Origin: Ptychomitrium polyphyllum
Taxonomy: Eukaryota
NCBI GenBank assembly: GCA_973851085.1
Contig: OZ316775.1
Coordinates: 16,864,001 to 16,928,000 of the forward strand
Length of the DNA: 64,000 nucleotides
Direction: 5' to 3'
How positions within the stretch are numbered: the stretch's first letter is position 1; every line of letters begins with the position of its first letter. The position numbers and the translations under genes are program-made. This document shows positions 12,652-25,200 of this stretch, piece after piece. The notes below the pieces were generated by a model. The model was not told where the DNA came from. It searched no databases and saw only the letters and a list, made by a program, of their open reading frames with translations.

Positions 12652-14049
12652 AGAATGAATGATGTTTCATGTAGTCTGAAGACATTGGATATCTAGTAGA
12701 GGATTCATCAATATTAGCTTAAGGAAGGATGGATTGGTCATGGTAAAAAACAAAAGGTCAAGATGATGAAAGGTGCGGACTAAAATGGAATTGTTTAGCT
12801 AAGCGGAAATTAGTTCCAAAAGAAGTAGGTCCTTAGATTTGAGTACAAGGGCGTTTCATAGAATTCAAATGCTTTTACATCAGATAATGGCTTTAAATTT
12901 TACTAAAATTATACTATAGTAGACAATATAAGAAAGTTTAAAAATAAGAGCTTTAAATATTTTGCAAGAAATTTAAAACTATAAAGTTTGAATTATAAGA
13001 TTAAGGATGAATCCATTTATTGTCAAATTTATTTGTAGAATTTTTATATTTTAAAGACAATAATAAGGAATTTAAAATGTACAAAAGTATTTGAATAAGA
13101 AAATTCTATTTAAAATACAATATGGCTGCCACGTATTAAGATTGATAACTTTTGACCAAAAGAATATTGCTAGCAAAGAATTCTTGCAAAGTGTGAAACA
13201 TATAAAGTCATCTTAATTGAAGATTCCTTGTGTAGAACTAGAACTTGATGGGTTGCTAATAATCAAAGGGATATCAAAAAAGAGGCCATAAAGGATATGG
13301 AGGCTAGGGTTAAGAAAAGGCAAGAAGGGTTTTGTATGGCGGCTAATGTTAGGGCGGCCGTTAAAATTAGGGCGGCCATTAGGGTTGGGGTGGCGGCTAC
13401 AACGGCTACGGTGGCTAGGATTTGCAGCCACATGTCAATAATTTAGTAGAGGCAAATGCATGGCCGCCAAGTGGCCCACTTTGGTGGATGACTCCCAAGT
13501 CAAAGTAAAAGGATTTTGGAAGTAAGAGTCATCTTACTCCACACTTTCCTTGTTGCAACTTTGCTCTCTCTTTTTGCTTGTTGTATTAGCTTTGTTGCAT
13601 TTCATCAATAGATTAAAGGCCCACTTACACTTAGTTGTGTCTTCTGAAGTAGCTTGAAGTATTTGTAGTTGCTGTTCTTGTGAGGAGCAAGATTACTTGG
13701 TAGTTATTGAAGATAGAATTAGAAACGCCTAACTTTGAGGTTTTGCACATGTAGGTGCTTGGTTTGATGTTTTTTGAGCTTTGGTAGAATTGTGGATGTT
13801 GAAACTCCTTGGATAGTGAGTTGCTTTGAGTGATGATAAGACCTTGATAGTGTCTTTGTTGGATTCCAGCTCCATATCACCAACTTGTTGTGCTTGGTGT
13901 TGTTGTCTTGTGAGTTCATTGATAAATGTGCTTATTGAGTGGACATAGTGAGTTGAAAGGCTTGTCTTCAAACTCATAGTTGTGAAGACTTATGAGAAGC
14001 ATAAGAGTTAAGGAAATAGTTTGTTTGAAGGTACGCTTGTTACCTCACT

Positions 14050-15692
14050 TTTTAAGGCATGGCTTCGACTGAAGGTGAAGATTTGAAGGTCATTCAAAAG
14101 TTTTATGGTAAGAACTTCTACCAATGGAAGGTTAGGATGGAGCTCTCGTTGGCTTCTTTGGACCTTTGAGACATTATAGATGAGAGGGAAGTTGCTCCAC
14201 CATTGTTGGCGGATGCAAAGGAAAACAACGAGTTCCAACGTCATGAGAAGAAGGCTTTTGGCATCCTTGCCACCAACCTTGATGATGCCAACTTCGCCCA
14301 TATCATCTCTTGCAAAGGACTAGCAGAAGAGTGGAAGACGCTTTGCAACATTTATGAAAGCAAGAAACTTCTCTAACATCATCTTCACAAGGAGGAATTT
14401 CTTGAACTGCAAGATGGAAGAACAGCACAACCTCATGGAGGATTTGGATGTTGTGATTACATTGCTCATGAGCTTGCCGGAGCCCTATAGCTATCTCATA
14501 ATGGCCTTGGAGTCCATTCCCATCAAGGACCTCACCATGGACTATGTGATGGCAAGATTGAGCCATGAAGAGACCAAGAAGAAGGAGAAGGTGAATTCAA
14601 GTGACGACTCTGCCTTCTTCTCCAAGGAAGGCAAGGCCACCTACTCTAATCAACGTCCAAATCTTTGAACGTGCTTTGTGTGTGGAAAATCAGGTCATTT
14701 TGCTTGAAATTGCTACAAGGCCAAGAGAAGAGAAAGGGAGGATGCCAACCATGTGATGGACCACCTTGCAGGTGGTAATTGTGCCTTCAAGGCAAGCAAA
14801 AGGGCACCTATAGTGGCCCTATCTAAGTGGATAGTTGATTCGGGCGCCACAAAGCACATGACTCCTTACAAGTACTCATTCCATACTTATGAGGCAATTG
14901 CAGCCACTAGTGTACTCATGGGTGACAATGGCGTGGTGGAAGCCATTGGAATGGGTTCCATTGTGGTGGAGGTTGTTGTAAGAGGCAAGACTAAGAGGAT
15001 CACCTTCAAGGACGTGCTCCATGTGCCAAAGATGAATATCAACCTTCTTTAGGTGAGCAAACTTGTAATGGAAGGGTTTGTAGCTAATTTCAATGTGAAT
15101 GGATGTGTTGTGAAGTCATTGAGTGGAGATGTTGTTGCCACGGGGTTGAGGGATGGCAAATTGTACTTCATTAAGTGTAAGAAAGTGAATGGAGTGGAGG
15201 TAGCGGCCTTACTCAATTCACTCAAGATCAAGATAAGTTTAGCATATGGCATGGGCGCCTTGGGCACCTTAATGTGAAGGCCATAAAGGAACTCCAAGGC
15301 ATGGTAAGCGGCTTGGATCTGGGTACAACATGCCACAAGGCCAAGAAACTTGCTTGTGAGGGTTGCATCCAAGGCAAGCAACAAAAGGCGTCGTTTCCAA
15401 GTGGAGTAGCAACTGGAGCAAGCACATTGTTAGAGATTGTGCATCTTGACGTGTGTGAGCCTATGAAGACTCCATCCATGGGGGGCGCAAGGTATTTCTT
15501 CACCTTCATTGATGATTTTTTGAAGAAAGTGTAGGTGTTCATCCTCAAGGCCAAGAGCAAGTGCTTTGCAAGATTCAAGGAGTTCAAGGCACTTGTAGAG
15601 AATCAATGTAAGTCCAAGATCAAGGTGTTGCGTTTAGATAATGGTGGTGAGTTCTTATCCAAGCGTTCTGAGGAGTTCTTGAGGAATGAAGG
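14050..15692 (+). mobile_element. Degenerate Ty1/copia gag-pol, truncated within integrase
   Basis: gag NFYQWKVRME and LLMSLPEPY, Zn knuckle CFVCGKSGHF, protease WIVDSGATKHMT, integrase LEIVHLDVCEPM, YFFTFIDDF and IKVLRLDNGGEF. PR-INT order is copia. Stops abruptly at the gypsy LTR at 15693. The upstream ~13230-14050 may be its LTR/leader (boundaries not resolved). Confidence 0.9.
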
Positions 15693-16306
15693 TGCTAGAG
15701 ACATAAGAAACAAGAAGAAGAAACAAAGTGTTTTCCAAGAATTAGCTTTCAAAGAGCTAATGATTAACAATAACTTGATACAAAGACTAGAACAAGGCAG
15801 GATTCAACATGATCCACAACTTGTATTGGCAAGACTAAGGAATACCTTGTCTTGCCTCCTATTTATACTATGACGTTTGTATCTCCTAAGATACTTCTAA
15901 AAAAGCTTCCTACAAGGCTTAAGAATATTCTGGAAGTCTAAGGAACCTTCCCAAGAAGTTTCCACAGATGTTGGAACCTTCCTAAGAGTCTTCCAAGGAG
16001 TTGGAATCTCCCTTGGACGTTTCTTAAGGTAGCGGAACCTTCTTACGAAGTTTCCTAAAGAAGTAGAACCTTCCCAAGAAGTTTCCTAAGATGATGGAAT
16101 CTTCATAGGAAGTTTCTTAGGAAGTTACTGAAGATGATAGAACCTTCCTAGGAACTCTCTTTAGGTGAAGGAGTTTTCCTGGGAAGCTTCCTAAAAACAT
16201 GGAAAAGACTATGGAAACATCTAAAAGTATTCTAAGAGGCATTATAGTATATTAAAAGGTTTTGAAATGTTCTAAGGACTATGTTGCATGATCTATGTCC
16301 ATGACA
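15693..16306 (-). repeat. 3' LTR family A (614 bp)
   Basis: TGCTAGAG...CATGACA; preceded on the minus strand by a degenerate purine tract (aaatggggaattga). Confidence 0.88.
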
Positions 16307-19300
16307 TCAATTCCCCATTTAGCAACGAGTTCCATGAGGGGCTCTTTTCTTTGCTTGCTTATCACCTTTCTACAAATTCCAAAATTTGTCAAATGAGTGA
16401 AGCAACATACTCTGCTCGCTGTTCTTTGTTCACTGGTTCAATTGGTCCTTGTAAAAAGCAACAATGGCCACCAGCCAAGACTTTTATTATTAAAATGTCC
16501 CATCCCAAGATCTGATCTTGATTAAGTCCTTTAAAACATTCTCCAAACAAGATTTTAAGTCCTCCATGAGTGACTCTTCCAATTTCTAACAAGATGACTA
16601 AAGCGTCAGCATCCGGATCAAGATTAAAATGTGAAGAGCGACTAATCAATACTTCTGCACGAGGTTGTACTCAACGTTGGAATGTCACTCCCATATCTTA
16701 ACTTAGATCCCTCCGTTACTGAGGGCTGAGAAAGTTGAGTTGGCTCAACAGATGCTATTGTTGATGAAAGCATGGCCGGCTCCTCTTCACGCACATCCAT
16801 GATGACACGAAGATTTGACATACTAGCTAGGATCTCGAAATGATCTATCTTGGAAATAATGCTGCATACAATTGGAGGTTTGGATATCTCTCTTCCCTTC
16901 TTATACTTGTCTATGAAGGAAAAACTTCGTTGTGAAGCTAACGGCTGCTGATGACACATCATCACTAACCTGGTTTCTGAGGATATCTTTGATGAAGTTC
17001 GCGTACCTTCTCAAATGCATTTGTTACATTCGTTGAAGGTTCCCATGTTCGGTCATTAATGCCATATCCTTGCCAATGTATAAAGTACTCCACACGTCCG
17101 TTCTTGATGCGTGAATCTAAGATCTCTTCTACTTCATATTCAATTCCATTATTGATTTCTAGCGGCGGAGGCGGAGGAACAATTCTCTCTGGTATACATG
17201 ATTTGTTATAGGTTTCCAACAACGATACGTGGAATATTGGATGAATTTGCATGCTTGGTGGTAGCTTTAGGCGATAACTAACTGGATGTATTTGTTTGCT
17301 GATTTCAAACGGTCCCAGCCTTTGATAGTCCAACTTCTTTGATGGTCTTTTTGTCTGTATATTTTGTTGTAGGAGCCATACCCTATCTCCAACCTTGAAC
17401 TTTGGGTGGTCCTTCCGATGGCAATCTGCATAAGTTTTGTAACGATCTTGAGCTTATTGTAACTACAAGGTGATTTCTTGATGGATTTTAGCAAGTTGAA
17501 TTGCAAAATCCTCTGCTACAGGACTTCCAACATGCTTCACTTGAAATGGATCTGTTCAAGGATGATGGCCATAGTTTGCAAAGAATGGACTTTGAGTTGT
17601 TGAAGAATGCACCGTATTGTTGTAAGCAAATTCTGCCAAAGGCAAGAGATCCATCCAATTGTCTTGCTGGTAGTTTACGATACAACGAAGGTACTGCTTC
17701 AAAATTTGATTCACACGTTCGGTTTGGCCATCAGTTTGTGGATGGTGTGCTGAAGAAAGATTGATCTTTACACGCAACAGCTGGAATAGAGCCCTCCAAA
17801 AGTTGGAAATGAACTGCGGCCCTCGATCAGATACAATATCATCTGGTAGTCCATGTATGCGGTAGATGTGATTTAGGAACAACTTTGCAGTTTTTTCTCC
17901 CGTTACCGTCTTGTTGCATGGAATGAAATGTGCCATTTTGGTAAATTGATCCACCACTACCAAAATAAAATCCTTAGAATCGGAATTTGGAAGGTCCGTG
18001 ATAAAATCCATTGATAAAGATAACCATGGGCCCTTTGGCACTAGAAGCAGATGGAGGAGACCATGAGGTTGGTGTCTTGGTACCTTGGCTCTTGCACAAG
18101 TGTCGCATGATCGAACAAAGTCCTTCACGTACTTCCACATTTGTGGCCACCAATAGTCTCCAGCAATCAACTCCATTGTTTTATTGAATTCAAAATGTCC
18201 TGCTGCTGGAAAATCATGACGTGCTTGAAAGATCTTCAACCACAAAGGGCCTGGAAGTAGGTACAAAAGTTCTTTATAATAAAGTAGGCCCTCTTGGAAT
18301 TCAAAGTCATCATTGCTATATGAAGGACCTCCATTGTCTTTGAGGCGCTTCTTTATATTTGAAATAAAGACGTCATTCTTCAAAGCCTTCCGAATTTTGT
18401 CAAGACGGAATGTTGTTGTAATAATGGCTGCTTTCAATTGCAGATTCTCTGGCCTCAATAAAATAGTCCTTTGTTGATTCAAAACATCATCTCCAACTTG
18501 AGGAACTAAATAAGATCTTTGAGATAAGGCATTTGGTTTACCTTGCAAGCTACCAGATTGATAGGTAATGACGAAGTTAAATTTGGAAAGCAACATACTC
18601 CACCTTGCTTGAAGGCGATTCAAAACGCGCGCACTCATGAAATACTCCAAGTTCTTGTGGTCAGTGTATATCGTGACGGTATGTTGAGCTCCTTCCAATA
18701 AGTGTCGCCATTCTTCAAACGCATCCACAATTGCAAGTAGTTCTTTATCATGTATATTATAGTTGATCTCTGCTGCTGAGAACTTCCTTGAAGAAAAGGC
18801 AAGAGGGTGAAGTCTCCCGTCTTCATCATATTATGAGAATACTGAGCCAAGCGCAAAATTTGAGGCATCCACTTCCAAATAAAAAGGCTTTGATGGATTT
18901 GGATGAATAAGGATTAGAGCGGACGTGAATGACTTCTTAAGACTTTGAAATGCTTTTTCCGCCTCTTCATCTCGAATGAATTTTTGCTTCCCCGTAAGAC
19001 GTGTTAATGGTGCCGCAATCTTGGAATAATCCTTGATGAATATCTTGTAGAAGTTTGCAAATCCCAAGAAGCATTGAACATCTCGAATTGATCTTGGCGT
19101 ACTCCACCCCATGACAGTGCTTATTTTCTTCTTATCCATATGGATTCCTCCTTTGGAAATGATGTAGCCTAAACATTCAACCGATGATTCATGGAAAAGG
19201 CACTTCTCCAATTTGGCATATAATCCTCGCTGGCATAGTTTTTCTAAGACCAGTTGCATATGACATTTGTGGTCTTGTTCATCCTTTGAATATATCAAAA

Positions 19301-21250
19301 TATCATCCAAGTAGATGACTATAAAAGCATCTAGTTTTCATGGAAGATATCATTCATCATATGTTGAAAGACTGCGGGAACATTAGTAAGGCCAAAAGGC
19401 ATAACATTGTATTCAAAATGACCATACTTAAATCAAAACGTTGTCTTCCATTTGTCTCCTTCTTTGATGCGTACAAGATTGTAGGCTCTTCTAAGATCGA
19501 TTTTGGTGATTATCTTTGCAAGACCAATAAATGATGGTCCAAAATTTCTCGTACCTTGGCGTCTTTTCTTTGAGACCACAATCCGTGAGCGCCAGTCAAT
19601 GTCTAGATTATGTAATACAAACCAAAGAAGGCCCAAAACAATAGGGTTTGTTCGGCATTGATTGATGTTGAAGACAATTTTAGATGCCTGGTCTCCTAAA
19701 TTAACCTCCAATGGTTGTGTTTCTTTAATAACGTTGCCAAACGCAAGAGATCGTCCATCAATAACTTCAATAGGTGCGGGATATTTTTTCTTCACAAGCA
19801 CCATGTAATGGTTGGTTGCAAAATCCTTATCCATAAAACATGCCGTTGCACCAGTGTCTAAGAGAGTCTCACTAATTATTTCATCATCTAACAATTTAAT
19901 TTTGGTAGGAATTATAAAACAAGAGGTAGGGTTTGAAGATAGTAGAAGACTTTGATTTGATGGTCGCTTCCTTATGGTGTTCAGTCGCATGATTCCTATT
20001 ATGACTAGGCAGCCTCGTTTTCCAACTTCACCATTGTGCTTTGAGCCTTAAAGGCAGATCCTTTGATTTGGCAATTGCGCACTTTATGTCCAGACTTGCC
20101 ACAATATAAACATAGGTTTTCTCTTCGTCGCCTTTCTTTTTCTTCTGGAGTCAAACGTCTGAACTGGGCAGCATCAATTTGCATAGGTTCTGGTCCTTGT
20201 GGTCGATTTTCCAAATTCTTGAAGAAGTGGTAGCCATGCTTTGATGTACTGGTCACCATTCCAAACGTTGTCCTTGGCGCCTTTCAAATAGTCTGTTGTC
20301 ACATGCTATTGCCTGAGTGATGAATTCGTCCAATGTTTCAACTCTTGGCATTGTGAGTAGCAAATCCTTGACATTCTCTCTTAAGCCCCATCAAAATCTT
20401 ATGACCAAGGCTTTATCATTCCAATCAAGGTCTCAAGCTAATTGTCAAAACTCTGCAGCACATATAGCAGCTGAGTGCTATCCTTGTTGGAGACTCTGGA
20501 TCCTTGTCTCAGCCACCCTCTCTCGGTTGGTGTCTCCAAAAGTAGATGTCAATGCTTCTATAAAAGCATCTAAGTTGTTCAATAATGGTGACTACTTCTC
20601 CATTAGTGGTGCAAACCATGATAGTACATCGTTTGATAAAAGAGTGGCCGCAAATCCCACTTGAGTTGTGCCATCAGGATAGCGAGATTGATGCAAACTA
20701 AGGAAGAGTCTTACTTGTTGAACAAAGCCTCTCAATTTTGATCTTGATCCATTGAACTTGTCTGGCATGCTAATCTTAGGCTTTGCATGGGTTCAACGTA
20801 AGCCTTCCCTTTCAATATTGGCATCTCATAATCGAATAACTTCTTGATATAGGCTTTGAATATCACCATTGAATTCTTCAGCTTGCCGAGTATGTTGCTC
20901 CAAATTGTTGGTGGTATTAAAACGGGCAAGTTTCATTTGAACTGAGTCTAATAATTCTTGAAGGTTTGTAATAGTAACAAACCTATTTTCTGATGTTCTA
21001 GGCACGTTATCCATTTCTTAAAACTCTCAAAGACAGAAAGACTATGAGTACCTTTAAATGAGGGAAATCTACGTCCTTTGAAAGAAGCAATACTTAGTTG
21101 TAGAAGGACAAACCAACTCTATGGTGCCAGCTTAGAAGAGGGTAATCCGCAACCTCTAAGACGCTATGGAATCTTCAAGATGATGGATAATCCACAATCT
21201 TCTTCAAAGAACCTTAGCTCTGACAAAGATGAAAAGTAGTCTTGCCAAAC

Positions 21251-21761
21251 TGTTAGGAACACAAGAAACAAGAAGCAAAAACAAAGTGTTTCCCAAGAAT
21301 TAGCTTCCAAAGAGCTAATGATTAATATGAACTTGATACAAAGACTAGAACAAGGCAGGATTCAAGATGATCCACAACTTGTGTTGGCAAGACTAAGGAA
21401 TACCTTATCTTGCCTCCTATTTATACTATGACGTTTGTATCTCCTAGAATATTTCTAAAGAAGCTTCCTACAAGGCTTAAGAATGTTTTGGAAGTCTAGA
21501 AAACCTTCCCAAGAAGTTTCTTAAGATTTTGGAACCTTCTTAGGAAGTTTCCTAAAGAGGTAGAACTTTCCTAGGAAGTTTCCTAAGATGATAGAACTTT
21601 CTTAAGAAGTTTCCGTATGTGGAGGAACTTTCCTAGAAAGCTTCCTAAGAACATGGAAAGGACTATAGAGACATTTAAAAGTATTCTAAGAAGCTATTAT
21701 AGTATACTAGAAGGTTCTGGAATGTTCTAAGGACTATGTTGTATGATCTATGTCCGTGACA
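21251..21761 (-). repeat. 5' LTR family A (511 bp)
   Basis: TGTTAGGA...CGTGACA; minus-strand TATAAATA at 21425-21418. Confidence 0.9.
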
Positions 21762-22203
21762 GGCACAAAAAACAAGAAGCAGAAATAAAGTATTTCCCAA
21801 GAATTAGCTTCCAAAGAGCTAATGATTGACAAGAACTTGATATAAAGACTAGAACAAGGCAGGATTCAAGATGATCCACAACCTCTGTTGGCAAGTCTAA
21901 GGAATACCTTGTCTTGCCTCCTATTTATACTATGACGTTTGAATCTCCTAGAATATTTCTAAAGAAGCTTCCTACAGAGGCTTAAGAATGTTTTGGAAGT
22001 CTAGAAAACCTTTCCAAGAAGTTTTTTAAGATGTTGGAACCTTCCTAGGAAGTTTCCAAAGGTGGAGGAACTTTCTTAAGAAGCTTCCTAAGAACATGGA
22101 AAGACTATGGAGACATTTAAAAGTATTTTAAAAAGCTATTATAGTATATTAGAAGGTTCTAGAATGTTCTGAGGACTATGTTGCATGGTCTATGTCCGTA
22201 ACA
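21762..22203 (-). repeat. Additional family A LTR directly abutting the 5' LTR, missing about 7 terminal nt
   Basis: Collinear with 21258-21761, with fewer internal 30-bp repeats; ends CGTAACA. Confidence 0.88.
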
Positions 22204-25200
22204 TCAATCACAATCTTGGCAACCTGTAAAAAGCTATCCGATATCACATTGACGCCTTACCACTCTTGATAAAGGCTAAGGCCAATTTTAAAAAATTGGT
22301 TTTACAAAAAAATCAACTCTCAATGGTTAGAATTAGATGTCAAATCAATTCCAGCAAGTGCTAACGGTTGACAATATCAATTGACTCCTTCACAACAATA
22401 AACAACAAGCTGACAACCGGAATCAAAAGGCGCAGGAATAACTTACAAAGAATTGTCAATGCCTCTATAATACCTATACCGCCTTCTACAACCAAGATGC
22501 CATCATTCACACTACCAACAAAGCTTTCCAAGCTAAGACAACAACCATCTTATAACGGATTATTTTGCTTCTCCTAGTCACCTTGATTTGGATGATGAAT
22601 ATTTTGATAGTTTAAAAGCGGCTACCAATCTACTATTAAATAACCTATCCAACACTTCTAAACCGGTCCTCCCTACTACTTTTTATTTGGTACCAATAGC
22701 AATCAATCCTTCTCTACTTTCTTCTTTATATCCAGCAAGCACAAATTTCTCTATCCCTCCTACAATGCAGAATCCACACTTCCTTCCTATATGCCTTGCA
22801 TCTACTATTTTCTTTCTTACCAGTTTGGTACCAACTTCCATTTGATAAATACCTTGCCAACTTCAGCTTGAGGAGATGTTGGAATAGTTAGTTTGTTGAG
22901 TTTTTAAGAGTAAACTTAGTCTAAAAGAATGATAATGTTACTAGCCTATTAGGTCTTTTATCCATTATTACCAAAAATCTTGTATTAATACCACCAAACT
23001 TCTTCTACTCGTGCTATCAAACACTAGATTTCATCACATGGTAATTACCAAATGATAGTTGTTAGTCTACTTATTAGCCATTAGTTGTAAATTTAAAAAG
23101 ATAAGGTCTAAAACATAATATTTAAACCTTCAACCAAAAAAATTGACGATGTGGTGTATCTTTTTTCATTAATCATGTTTTTATTCCAAAACAGATGAAG
23201 TGTGTTTCTTCTAAAGATTAATTGAATGGTAGTCATTTTATAAATCTTTAGATTATTCTACATATATTTTTTTTTCATTTCTTGTAAATTCTCAACTATC
23301 AATATTCTTTTGTTTGGTAGTAACCAATCTAACACAGAGCTTCTAATAAATAGGCATCAATCATAAAATGATTACAATGTTCTTTAGGAATTAAAAGCCA
23401 TATGATCAACTACTTCACTATTTGGCTCATACCAACTTCTTAAAAAGATAATTTTAAAAAAAATTAAGTATAATATGAAAATATATATTATCTGATTGAA
23501 GGATATAAAGTAACACAAAAAAAATTATTTAAGAATATAATAATATTTTGTTATTTTTTAAAAATATTCTTCATTTCTTATAAATTATCCTACACTGATT
23601 CATAACTGAAAATTTCAGCCAATTTACATGATTTTTTTCTAAATATTTCAAAAAATTAGATCTTTGAATATATTCCATCTTACATGGATTACATGGATGT
23701 GTAATGGATGTATGATATTCTGTGGTGAGCTTCAGGACCAACTTCAGTAGTACATCATAAGTTCATGGAGAGTCCAAAATTTGTGATTGTTTTCCAAATT
23801 TTAACGTCCTTTCAAATGGGGAATTAGAACTAGTATTACTTAAAGTCAACATAACATTTCTATGTTGAAAAAATTTGAGAAACAGCAATTGTAATATGTA
23901 TTCCTAGTAAGCGTGGCCGTCTTGTAGGTCACACGTCATGCTATCTTAGGTTCCTCAAATGATTGTTATTCTTCTCCTGTAAGCTCCATGCCATGCATTG
24001 CCCAGGCACTTGGCCATATCTAGAGGATTACCACTTACAATGCACCTGAGAAAAAAGAGTTTATAAAAAATAATTCTTGCATTTGAAGTCGTCAAAAGAA
24101 CTTCAAAAGATTTTTAAAAATTGAATTCAAATAAAGACATCTCATTCCAACAAGGATCCAATTGGTGTATCTATTTATTTTCAACAATGAATACATATAA
24201 CTCTATGGATTAGAAGTACAAGTTTGTATAATTGTATATATATATACATTTTGGACACAATGCATTATATTTTAAGTTGCTTGTAACTAATGGAGTTGCA
24301 TATGGAAGATGTTTTTTACAAGCCATAAGTATCTTGTAGATTATACAGACATTACATTTTTTTTTAATATTATTCTTCGTCATATTATTAAAATTACATG
24401 TTGAATTAGAATCCATCCAACGTTATAGTTTGAAAAAAAATTACCAAGTTTTTTTAATTAAAGATTTATATTACCTAAAATATATGATGGACCTCTCTTG
24501 TAAATTGAATTGAAAAATAAATATGTATGAATTCTTATTGTACACAAAACGCATACAAATGATTGTAAACTTGCAATGGTGGTCTTATACTTGTATTGCA
24601 ATTGATTTTATACTATGTAATTTGGTTTGAAATATGTTATACATATACATATATATATTCTAGATATTTGAAGTTTTTGCATTGCAAAAGATAGATGATA
24701 TTGTATATTCATTTGCTGAAAATTCCTTTTATACATGTAAATCTTAATAATATGTATATTTTATTTCGTTTTGTAATTTTTGTAATTCCATAAATTTAAT
24801 AAACTAATAAATTTAATACATAGTAATGTAATTTGAATTAATTTTAAATTATCCAAATTTTAAAATTCGAATTATTTTTTAAAATTATGACACTCACTTT
24901 TACTGTTTTATATTTTTTAACAAAATTCAAATTATAGACTTTTTTCATAAATCTATATGAAACTTTTATAGCATGGTTCCAAAAATAAAAATAATTTTAT
25001 ATAACATATAGAATCTAAAATAAAATAATTTATATAAAAGTACAATGTATAGCAAATACAAGTCTTCATATCAAAAAATCAAAAGCTAAATATACCATTT
25101 ATAGTGACAAAATAGATCATGATATGATAGAAATTTTGAAATGTTTATATTATAAATTATAAATTTAGTTTCTAAGATTAAAACTATTATAGCTATAATT

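Larger units (their letters stand above)
15693..21761 (-). mobile_element. Tcn1-like Ty3/gypsy chromovirus, family A (RLG1-like), degenerate
   Basis: LTRs 21251-21761 (5') and 15693-16306 (3'), both TG...CA. gag ~21014-20005 with [14 protein letters not shown]; protease [21 protein letters not shown] (N-terminal RT deleted near 19525); RNase H DASNFALG; integrase SMDFITDLP; chromodomain YEVEEILDSR...WQGYG...TWEP ending 16965. No matching TSD. Confidence 0.92.

Noticed and set aside
23700..24050. GC-richer patch with a minus-strand acceptor-like site
   Set aside because: All frames tried close quickly and match nothing I recognise.
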